Source: Balanoglossus misakiensis
Taxonomy: Eukaryota > Animalia > Hemichordata
Assembly: GCA_040954595.2 (NCBI GenBank)
Contig: CM082578.2
Coordinates: forward strand, 14,678,998 to 14,742,997
Direction: 5' to 3'
Length of the DNA stretch: 64,000 nucleotides
Part shown: piece after piece, positions 28,267-39,706 of the stretch
How the letters are laid out: each line of letters begins with the position of its first letter
Numbering within the stretch: position 1 is the stretch's first letter
The notes under the pieces: model-generated
Seen by the model: the letters and a program-made list of their open reading frames with translations, nothing else
What the model was told of the DNA's origin: nothing
Database searches by the model: none
Translations under genes and position numbers: made by a program

Positions 28267-29353
28267 CACAAAACAATCACCTCCTTATCTCACGTACAAA
28301 TCTGAAATATACAATGTCAAGTCTATCAAGGGAACATAGCCACAATGAAAAATACTCGACCCGAACAACATGTTGAGATCACAAATACTTGAAATACAGT
28401 AAAAACAATTCTCCCTGGACAAAATATGTGACATTATGAGTACAGATTAAAGTGTTTTATGCAAAAAATGCAGACCCTAAATCATGAATATCACTTCCAC
28501 AAGTAAGTGAAGTCAAGATAAACTCCATTAATGTTGCATTCTGGGAAAATTCAAGATATCAATATCATCTAAATATTATTAATAAATGATGACTTGATGT
28601 TAAACGTGGGTTTTACATGTGCCATGAACATGCAGAGACGCCTTGTTCAGGGAAATGCTGCCTGTCGGTTACGGTTATTACATTTAATTGTATTAGACAA
28701 GCTCACAGAGCCGTCCATATGCTGCAGACTGTGTACCTTGCTGAGGCAAAATCTGCAGTTAGATCGAACAGTATTTACGCCTGCTCTACAGCCTGCTTCG
28801 TAGACCCCAGAGCTCCCTCCCTCAAAGTAACAAATTTATAAAGTGCTTACGTTACACAATAGAGTAATTCTTGTATATAATGCCCAAATCAGAACGGACT
28901 TTTCGGGTTGTTCTTCTTTGGCCACGACAGACGCGCAGTGCACATGTAGTTTGTTTACAAATTCATAGCGCCACCACAGTTGAAATATACATGTTTCCGG
29001 TTCAGGCATCTGGTCATCAGAAGGTCATATCAAGGTCATGATGCATGGTTGTCATGGTGATTTTAAATCAAGGTTTTCGTATCTTCTGGATTCCAGTTAA
29101 CTCGATCAGGGTCATAACCACGCTCCCGGGCCACTCTACAGCTTTTATTTGTTCAGATCCTCGTTCGAAAGTCATCATGAGGGAAACTTTTTGTTATGAC
29201 TTTCCACTTCAGAGTTTACTGTACATATGGCCTGCTCGTTCCAGATTTTATCTTTAGATTGATGAAAAGTGTGTTTGTTTTTTGTCGCGATTTCAGTGTT
29301 CTTTTACAGTTATTTACAACATCGACAAACAACAGCAAAGAATGACACATTTT

Positions 29354-29355
<2 letters not shown>

Positions 29356-29386
<31 letters not shown>

Positions 29387-29408
29387 GTCATCATCATCAT
29401 CATCATCA
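29356..29408. repeat. (CAT)n microsatellite
   Basis: About 17 CAT units with one CGT interruption. Confidence 0.9.
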
Positions 29409-29922
29409 ATCTGATTAAAATCAGATTCCTGAAACGCAGCTGTACCCTAACTCCGTGAGGGGTGGGGATCAGATATGCTGATTTGTGGGGAATCAGCGTT
29501 TACCCACCCTCACATTACAGATGCGTTTCCACAGTTAATGATGGCATAAATATATCAAAGAGATCTGGTTCACTCCTTTTTACTGTAACCCGGAAGTACA
29601 TTGATCAAGAGGAGTTTCTGTCACTTTGGCTGAAAGATTAGCAACGAGAACAGCGCTGATCAGTGCAATCCAAGTGTTATAATATCGTGACTCATATTTT
29701 CCAATGGTCACAAATGACGCTTGGCTAAGTTTCGCAATTCTAGCAATTAATGATCGCGTGATCGGCTCTGGTGAAACATACGCGTTCAAGTCGTCATATA
29801 TTGGAAAGTAATTCCGTCGAGACTTCATTACAGTGCACAGAGCTTCTTGATGGCCCAGGCGCCTCCATATAACCCGGGTAAGCTGGCGCGACGCGGGTAT
29901 ATAGCTAGGTTCCACGCGCGAT

Positions 29923-29947
29923 GGGAGGGGGGGGAGGGGGGGGGGGG
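29923..29947. repeat. Poly-G tract
   Basis: About 25-nt G run with two A interruptions, upstream of SSUH2. Confidence 0.85.
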
Positions 29948-30269
29948 CTAATGATTTTTAAGACGCACGCACGTTACCCCCTCTAACTCAACCACCACCC
30001 CACTAGTCAATATCTACCCATAGACAACTGTCTACTCTATCTATGTCATGGATCATAATCAAACCGGGTGATCAGAATGTGAAAACACTGTCTGTGTTAC
30101 ATCATCCCGCCCCGCCCAAAACCAGGGCACTGAAAAGTGCGCAGTCTCGGAGAGTATGAGCACATTTGCGGTCCTAATCAGAAGTTCCGTGTAAAGCGGA
30201 TTGTTTAAAAGTATATAGTCACCTATACTGATTTAGCCACCGTTACCATGGAAAATTGAGATCTAGTCA

Positions 30270-33259
30270 ATGACAGATTATCAATTGGTGGCCATGCGAA
30301 AAAGTGCGCCACCACTAGGTCATTCGAAGAGAGACATGCATGCACCTTTGAGTTTTAGATGCATATTATGTACATACAGTAGATAAACTATAGTAACTAG
30401 ACAAAAAATATATATCAATGAATAAAAGCAAATGCTAAGTAGTTTAAGAAATAGATAATTAAGACAAGAAATTGAAAAACAGGGTGCCAAAAGAGAAGTT
30501 TCTCTTATAAGTTTTGAAAGTGTAACAAACATGTCTACAAATGAAGAACTATTATCAATGTATGATGCATTGTACATTTCAAGTCATTCTGGGCTTTTAC
30601 CAATCTGTGATACTTTTTTACTAGAATGGAACTCAGTGCCTGGAGAAGATCAGTCAAACATTGAACTTGATGAGATTGACACTGGTGTATATGGCTCGGA
30701 TGAGGAGGTACACCCTCCTCCAGATATCAGTGAATTTGGTGCCCCTCCAGGATATGAAACATTAGGTTTCATAGGTAAGATAACATTAACCCTTTCACCA
30801 CAATGGTTTAGTCCAAATCCAGTACTTTTTTCTAAAAGTGTTTTCAGCCTAATGCATAGCAACATATATAGTCAAGAAAACATTCACCTTTGGTGACACT
30901 TTGGCTTAGCTTTTGCAGCTTAAACCAGCTTCATTAACTAATTTCTAATTTTTACATTCTCTACAGATGCCAATGTACCTCCTCCATATGTACTGCCACT
31001 TGAAGCAGGCAATGCACAACATCAGTTTGCTGAGTAAGTATATAGTCTCCGGGAAGTAGTCCATTGCACTTTGGGGATGAAAGATCTCATTTTTGATTCT
31101 GGTCAGATGAAGACTGTCATCAGTCACTCACACCTTTGTCTAAATCAGCGATGATAAAACTGATTTAAATAATATATCACAGGTCTAACAGAATATGTAT
31201 AACACTTGTTTCTAATTTCTGTAGCATAATTTATCTTAGTGAAGATGAAGCAAGAGAGGCTTTACTCATGTATGTGATGAAACACTGTTGCTATGGTAAT
31301 GGAGCTGCAAGAGAAATGAACATCAATAACATCCTTCCATCGAATGGTCTTCATGTAAGTGTTGATTTGCCCTATGACATGAGAATCATTACAGTGAGTT
31401 AATGTAATAAATAAAAAGCTAAGCAAAAAGTTTAAAAACTTAAACGAAATAAATCATGAAAATGTAAAATGTAATTTCTCTTTCAATATTCAGTACCAGC
31501 TGGTCACATTTACGGAGGATCGTTCAACAAAGCACGCACACACTCCCTACAGAGGTGAGTTCATTAACTTTACTGGTTACCATACATTTATTTCACAATA
31601 CTGAATAAAATCACAGCATTGGATACTTTGCTAAAAAATTTGAAATGCGCTGAAAACAGTAATTTCTCAAACTGCATCAGGTGGTGAAGTGGATGGCCCT
31701 GAAAATGGCACACCGCCAGGTCCCTGGGAAATTCCCTGTCATCCAGGCCATCTATTCACAGAAGAGGTTCGCTACATCGAGGTTCCACACACAGCTTGCG
31801 TGAAAACGTGTCATCGCTGCAGTGGATCAGGAAAGATCACATGCTCCAGTTGTAGAGGCTCGGGAAAGGCAAGTTTATCTGTGCACAAACATTTTGGATA
31901 AACGTCAATAACACTTGGCTAGTGGGCATTATTATTATAAGTATTAGTGATGACTTATGCACTTATCAATCAGCTGTTTTATTACCTGTAGGTGAGTTGC
32001 TCAAGCTGTCATGGGAGAGGTCATAAATCATACCGCTCCAATAACAAAACTCGTAAAAGGACCTGTTCTAGTTGCGGTGGATCAGGTAGAAGAAGGTTTG
32101 TGAGAAATCATTTCTTCCAAACGAAAAGTAGCAACGAGTAAACTACTGTTTTATAGTTATTTTTATGTGAAATCATTGCATTGCAATTGAGGTATTAAAC
32201 TTGTGAAATGAACACACTTGTACACCACTGGAATGATAAATATAGAGGATATGTATATATGAAGCTTTTAATATTTCCCCAGGAAAATACAGAACAAATC
32301 CGTCTTTTTCTTCCAGATGTTCAACATGTTCTGGTTCTGGTAGAGTGACTTGTAATGTCTGTTCTGGAGCATGTAACTTGAAGTGGTATGTGCAGTTGAC
32401 TGTGGCATTGTAAGTATTTAAGTAACATACAAGAAAACTCCTGTCTATCATTTCTCACCCATTTACATGAAATTTATTGCAGTAATTGTAGAAAAAAGTC
32501 ACCGGTATGTGACTAACAATGACATGTTTCTCTTCCTGTTTGACAGTAAGAATTTGACTGATGACTATGTAGTGGAGCACACTGACTTTCCTAATCATTT
32601 AATCAAAGATGCAGAAGGGACGACAATCTTTCAGGAAACTCTGGACTTGGTAAGAGTTATCTTTGACCTTTTATGATTAGGTTTGGATGTCCAAGTGTAC
32701 TAATAAAATGCTAGGAAACTCTGAAAAGCAAGCGTGTTGATTCACTGAAGCTTATCAAAGTGCTATACTCAAACTCAATGCAAAATGCCCATATTCATAT
32801 TTGATTTGTTTGTTGTTTGGCAGGTTTATCCAATCAGCTCTCATCCTGACGAAGAATTGAACAATATGTCCAGACAGATAGTGGAATCTCATCAGAACAC
32901 GACTCAGAGCAACATGCAAAAAATACTGAAACAGGTAAAAAGTCAATGGTTGTACATGTCACTGTTCATTATGTTACTAGTATCTCAAGTGCATCTACCA
33001 ATATCACTCACAGGAAATGAATATTTTTGCTGATTTAATTATATTTTTGTTCTGTATTCCACAGAGACACATAGTAAGAGCAGTGCCTGTCTCTGAGGTC
33101 CACTGGACATGGCAGACCAATGGAAGCAGATTCTGGGTGTACGGACAGGAGAGAAAAGTCCATGTGCCAAAATATAAGAGAAAATACTGTTGTGGATGTT
33201 TGGTTCTCGACATGAAAGCATATCCTCAGACGTGTTGCTGTGGATGTGTCATTCTGTAA
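30270..33259 (+). CDS. SSUH2: Protein SSUH2 homolog (DnaJ-like CxxCxGxG repeats, C-terminal CaaX)
   Basis: LSEDEAREA..HCCYGNGAA, VDGPENGTPPGPWEI, IEVPHTACVKTCHRCSGSG, six CxxCxG repeats, FWVYGQERKV; ends CCCGCVIL*. The first exon (30270-30318, weak donor GTCATT) is less certain; coding is clear from 30625. Confidence 0.9.
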
Positions 33260-33944
33260 CTCTCCATGGCTGAAATGCTGTCTGAAATGGGATTACATTT
33301 CTGTATTTTATTACAATTTTAGTGAAATAGCAAAATGCATGCATTGGCTATCATGCTACAAAACCATCTTTGAATGTTAGTTGCATATTAACCATTTACT
33401 ATGATATGGATATTATTTATTGACTCATATATTTTATCGTTTCTTAAGAAGTAATCGATTATTGAACATTCTTTATGGAGATACCGTTGTAGGCAGTGTT
33501 GTGATTTTTTCCAACTTCATTGTCTTTACATCAGCAAATATGTTATACACTTTACATAGTATTTTATACATTTTATCAACCTGTTCAGATCTTTTCGCTT
33601 GCATTATGAGTATAGTGACCCTAGTCATTGAGATTCTTTCATTTATCTTTGATATATCAACTACATATCAATGACAAGACACTTTTGGTCAGATGCAGAC
33701 CAAGACGATAATTTGACAATTCAAGAAAATGTGACTGTTTTAAGGTGACTGCTGAGTTCTAGATACCGGCTCATTCTTCTTACCAGCACCTAGCTTTAAT
33801 TTTGTAACACATCGAGTGATGATATTTTTCAAATGAAGCCTTGATATTTACTGTAGTCTGCACCCCAGTACATGTAATTACTGAAAGAATTATATACGGT
33901 TGTGATAGAATCATAGTCTGATTGTTGCTGATGATATGAAATCT

Positions 33945-36649
33945 TCAATGTGCATGTTCAGTGTTTCCTGTTTGACATTTGGTTGTCATGTTGCCCATTT
34001 CTCCATCAGGATCAGGAGCAATGGTTTCAGCATCTTTGCCATTGGTAATGACATTGGCAGTGTTGCTAAGGACATCATCATTGTTGTTAGGGGCGCGACC
34101 ATTGCTCTCGTTGATACAATCACAACTGCTATTTGCAGTTTTTATGTTATCAATATTCTCAGTGAAGTTCCTGTCAGAAGCAAAGGTTCCACATACATCT
34201 TCCTCCATTGTGGTCTCGCAATTCCTGGTCTCCTCACTTCTGCTGAAACCCGGATTATCATGTGCAATAATCCCTGGTGACACTTCCGGTAAATTTACAT
34301 GGTTCTGGTAATCTATTGAGTGCGTAATAGCTTGAGAAGTTGTTTGTATTGCGTATCGCTTTCGACGGGTACTCCTTCTTTCATAGAAAATATCGTCATC
34401 TGAAAGAGCAAATTGGTCAAAATTAACCAACAGTCACTGATTTCATTGGCAATGACAATTTACTGAAGGACATATTTTATGCATGGACTGGGTATTTTCA
34501 TCCACTTGTCTGTTCTATGGTTCATCTACCCATTCATTCATTCACTTTTGTCATGCCTGACGCTCTTTAAGAGTGGTACAAAGTATTACCTTTCAAAGGT
34601 TTAATTTTGGCGAATGAAGCATAGTGGACGACAAGTCTCAGGTAGTACCATGATCCTCTGCGATAAGGACGTTTAAATAAACAACACAGGAACGGGTTGA
34701 CCACGGCGTTGGTATACAACAGCATAAACGCGATGTTCTCTGCATAAATGCTAAATGAGATCTTCATGAAACCCAATAAAAGGAAATTCTGTTAAAGAAA
34801 AACAAATATAAGTCATGATCATGAACAAGCTCGCAAAGTTTCACAAACCCCAAGAAAGATGGAGACATATCCATACCGGAATATGTCATGCTTTTCGTGT
34901 GTTTTTTTCAATCCCGTAACATTCTTTTCAGGAAAAGCTCTTAATCTGATTATTAAAGTGCAAGAAAATCAGATATTTTCCATTCTGAACTAGCATGAAA
35001 AAGGACTTTTTCTCAAGCAAAACTACGCTACCAGACACCAACACACAGTCCCTCAAGAAAGACGGTCGGGGCGGATGCGCGTTTCAGTCACGTGACCGTC
35101 TTAGAATTTATTGGAGTTTCGTTCACGTCATTTTATTTAACCCTTTTTGTTCTGTTGCTCGTATCGAAAGTTTTACAAATATATATTTAGCGTTGAAAAC
35201 AATCATTTTTTCCCGATGTTTTGATTGGACTCGAAACAATATGGTGTGTATGTGTATTTGCTTCTTCTCGGACACTCTTTGATACAACAAAAAGTAAACA
35301 TTTCCACAAGTGGAAACTGGGAAGGAAGATTACTGTAAAACGCTAAAATGTTTGCTTTGGTGTGGCAACTGTGTTTACACGTCAATTAAGACGAATTTGT
35401 CCGGTAGAGGGGATTATTTTGCCCTGGAGCTGAGTGTTTGCATTGATTGAATAAAAGTTCGCGCACGTAACTCTAAAGTGAAAGTGCGTGTTTTTTAATT
35501 TTATGCGTGGGCTGTCTCAGTGACCAACAGTCGATAACAAGTGTTACTTCGATGCACCGTTGGTTTAAAATCTGTAAATTATAAAGTCCCACAATAAAAT
35601 ACTGGTAACACAAGGCACAATATTTTTTCCTCAGATTACGTGATGATCATTACCCAATTGAGTGACAGGTGTATGGATGAATGGATGGATGGATGGATCT
35701 ATCGATCGATGTATGTTTGTGTCCGAGTGGCGAGATATTTAAAGACAACCAAGAATGAGAATGACTCAATGCAAGGTGTCTAAGTATATGCATAGATACT
35801 TACCACGTATGGCAGCCAGAAACAGGCAAAGACGATTGAAATTGCCATAATTAAACCAGCGAACCTTCTCTCCGATCTTCCGCGAATTCCGCATCCACTG
35901 CCGATGGCCTTGGTGTTTCTCCTAAAGCGACACAGAGTCAGTGAGACAGCCACGTTGCAGAAGACGAAGACACCAATGCCGAATATGTAAATAATTCCAT
36001 TCAACGCAAACAGAAGAATAAAATACAAATCCTCTTGGTCTGCGTAATAATCCAGACAAATAAACCAGCCATGTTTTAAACTGAGGCGATCGCTGTGATA
36101 AATCGCCGTAAAAATGGAAGTTAATAAACTATACGCCAAGAAAAATGAGAGACAGTACTTGATTTTTCTCGAAGTCACGTTGCCACGGTAATACAGAGGT
36201 TTGTTGATTGCAAGGTATCGATCAATTGTTTGAGTCTGGATGATGAAGAAAGCAAACTTCCAGAACATCCAAGATAGCGAATATTGGATGCCGCAAGTGA
36301 TTTCACCTCCAACCCAGTGTCCAGCCGCAAGACTGACGATGCTGGAAATGTGTACCGTTATGGTCATGAGCAAGTCGTTGGCTGCTAAGATGCCGATCAG
36401 TAGATCTGGTATCGAGGTTCTGTGGCGGACGATAGTGGCCGCACAGGCGACCGACAGTGAGTTGCCGATTATGGCGAACGGAACCACTACGCTGTAGTAA
36501 ATAATGTTCACATTCCAAAATACGTCGGCGTAAAATCCATCGTTGTTTGTAGAAGTTGCACAGTTCGCTGTGTAGTTTGGACAGGAGAAGTTCCCCGTGC
36601 TGTTATCTGCGAATAACAGGATCGTGGACAGCGAGGTGTTGTCCGTCAT
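33945..36649 (-). CDS. Rhodopsin-class GPCR, 3 exons, loosely prostanoid-receptor-like
   Basis: Exons 36649-35804, 34788-34590 and 34399-33945. N-glycosylated N-terminus, TM1 GN, TM2 LAANDLL, TM3 DRYLAI..P.YY, TM6 CWLPY, TM7 NAVVNPFLC and a long polar C-tail. Ligand class not determinable. Confidence 0.9.
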
Positions 36650-38501
36650 ATCCAACACAGTGAACAAATTCTTCCCGTCAATCTCATTTAGTTTCGATAT
36701 GATTATAACTTATGTAACTAAGTTGAAACACAGAATCCGGTTACCGATAGCTTTTGCTTTCTTGAATACTCAGCTGTTTCGGGAGCAGAAAGATGGTCTT
36801 GTCTTCAAGTTGAAATCCCGCTATTAAAACTGGTCTATTGATGGTTGAACATGGAAACAAATTCCGTCAAACAAGCTGTTGTTGGTACACGCGCACACTG
36901 ATTTAATCGTCAGGTCTTTGAATTTATAACAACGCCCACCCCAGTTGAAAAGAAAGGGAAAACGAACAATACAATACCGCACGACTTATGTAGATGGTCA
37001 TTACTGATGTATGCAAATCGATTTCTTAATCCAGTATTCACTGGCTCATGATAATCTACGGTCCGCCTATATCTCCGATCTTTTTTTCTGTGGTGTCATC
37101 GTACCGCGGAACTGTACGACAGCCTTTAGAGGCTATATTCATGCTCTATTTGCTTTCGAAAATCTTGATCAGTAATTAATGCAAAGGAAATAAATGGAGC
37201 TATCCCGGGAGGTATTAAGACCGAGGTAATGGACGTTAATAATGCATTAATTAAAATTCCCTTTTATTGAAGGTGTTATGGTACAATTGATTTCCATCTA
37301 CAAATGTATTTACAAAGGCAGGAACAAGAGTTCATCATTTAATTTTAGAACCAACGGTAGGATTAAACTCGGCTGAATAGACCATACTACTAGTATATCT
37401 TTTGATTTTATGATATTAGAAGTACGACACATTATTTTGACGCATTGTATCAACCTGATCTCCACTGATGTTTGCTGTGCAATGAGGCCCCTAATTGAAT
37501 ATTTGGAATTATTTTGGGAAGTTAATTATCGTATTGTTAATGAGACAAATTAGTAACATCATCTGTGTACAATCTGTTGTTAATGTACGCAATTAGCATG
37601 CACGTGGACACAGATTACAAGTAGCGTGACGCAAAAAGTAGCATTACGAACAAACCCGTCGTTAATCTTGCATTGTACTACAATAGACTTTGGTAAACAT
37701 TCCACAGCCAACATAAACACAAATACTTCTATGAATGCAATGATACCACACCACATGTTTTTATTACACATACTTTTGGGAAGTGTACAATATATTCTTT
37801 GAATGGACTTACATAAATGGTTGATCAATAATATTTTTTTAAATATTATCATGCTGTGATTATATGATAACCAAGTGTTCAATTTAACCCTTTATGAGAT
37901 GACGTTATGCAAATGAGTGACTGAATCCATTTTCTTGACAGGAATATAATCTAGTACAATAACTGTAAATTACAACACGACAGACATGTTGCTGACATCA
38001 GCAAATTGATATGCAAATTTTAAGCTTTATTAAACAAGAGACAACTATTCCAGATGACATAAAAATCTGCACTAAAACTGGTATTGCTATCAGTATCATA
38101 TATGTTTCTGAATTGTTTATGATAATCTATTTTTTTTATTATTATGAATACAACAAGAAAAAGCTTTGAAATTCAAACATGGCAAGACCATAGAGAAAAG
38201 GGTTGACATCTAAATACTAGTGATGGATGAGTCATCATGTGGCAAAATAATCTAAAAATACATAAATTCTATGAGATGTATTGGGTTTCTGACTTGCAGG
38301 CTAACTTGCGCTGTGAATACTTGGGTTGGGTATTAGAGTACAGAACGGTCTTCACATTGTTCACAGAGAATTATTTGACCTTTTGAACCCTGTTCAGTGT
38401 CAAACCCTTCTGTGATGTCATAAGTTATATAGGTCAGGGTTCACAGGGTCAGAGTTGAGTGACAGAAGTGAAACAGACATCTTCAGTTGTCCTGTACACT
38501 C

Positions 38502-39466
38502 TTAAGATCTTGCTTCTTGCTCCTGTCCCAATGCTGTCAATATCACTCCCATCGGCGATCTCTTCAACCCAAATGTTTCAGCTGCACTGCTGTACTTGTT
38601 TTTAATGTTTCTCATTCTAAATGATGCATGCAAGAATATGACTGAAAGAGAAAATGAAAGCATAACATTGTAAGAGCCTGTAAGTTTTGAAGATATAAAA
38701 TGCAAAAACACTATTGATTAAAGAAAGCAGATTATTTCATTCAAAACTTATCAGATTTAGGAAAATGGGGCAAATGAAATTCAACAAGTAATACATGTAT
38801 CTCACCTGTCAGGGGTAGGGCAATTCCCCAGAGGAACACTAGCAGAGCCCCACAGACATAAACAATGAAGTAACCAACTCCAAGGATGGCAAGTACGGAC
38901 AAAAACGAATGGTCTTGTTTGAATCTTTTCAATTGACGTTTGTGTTCCGTGGCATACACAAATGCTGCGAAGGCAACCCCCACAGCAAGAAGACCAATCA
39001 ACATTTTCACTGGATGTAAACACCTGCATACAGGAAATGAACAACAACAACAACAGTCTCTTATTCAAAGGTGTCACAGTGTGTATTCCTCTTGTCTTGT
39101 AAATGCTGGGCTTTGTCTGCTCCACACAGAGATAAATTTATTTCAATAAACTAATTTGAGGGCTGTCACCCCATACTTTGCATGACAGATAGACCTACTC
39201 CAGTCTCACCCCCCCCCCCCCCCAAAAAAAAAAGAAGCAATGGGAGTGTCCCGCAGAAAGATGATAAACACAACTTACCCGACGATCAGAAAAATACAGA
39301 TGGCCGTAAGAAAATAGTTTGTCTGATAGTAAATCAGATTATTTACGACTCTATTGTTCCATCGCACTGGGTCATTAATTGTTGGCGTCTGGAATCGTGC
39401 AGATTCCCCTAAAAAATCTTTGTACTGTCGGAGCGGCGGAACCTGAATGTCAGAACTCATCTCCAT
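38502..39466 (-). CDS. ARL6IP5: PRA1 family protein (ARL6IP5/PRAF3 and PRAF2 pro-ortholog), 3 exons
   Basis: Exons 39466-39279, 39023-38806 and 38641-38502; motifs RWNNRVVNNLIYYQTNY and LHASFRMRNIKNK..GLKRSPMG. The symbol is approximate because the gene is probably co-orthologous to both vertebrate paralogs. Confidence 0.9.
39209..39233. repeat. C15-A10 homopolymer tract in PRA1-family gene intron 1
   Basis: Seen directly. Confidence 0.85.
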
Positions 39467-39706
39467 CTTGAGAAAACTTAACCTATGACCTGAGAACCCC
39501 TAGGTTAGTTGTACGTTGTACTAAGGCATGTCGGGAAAACTATAATAAATATTTATGATTAGGCCATACCACCCATTTTGTATAGCAAAGGCTATCTTTT
39601 CATTTTAATTGTTATATTTACATTGAAAAATCATAAATTTGACAGAATTCGGTCACTGTTAGCTTTTCACACCCTTTAACTTAGTAGTAATTTACAAAAA
39701 CTCAAG
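39467..39706. promoter_or_regulatory. Putative bidirectional promoter PRA1-family gene/UBA3
   Basis: Divergent ATGs 240 bp apart; YY1-type CAAGATGGCGG over the UBA3 start codon. Confidence 0.65.

Noticed and set aside
29580-29915. 111-aa minus-strand ORF in the FBH1/SSUH2 spacer
   Set aside because: Non-ATG start and no recognisable motif; explained by locally higher GC.
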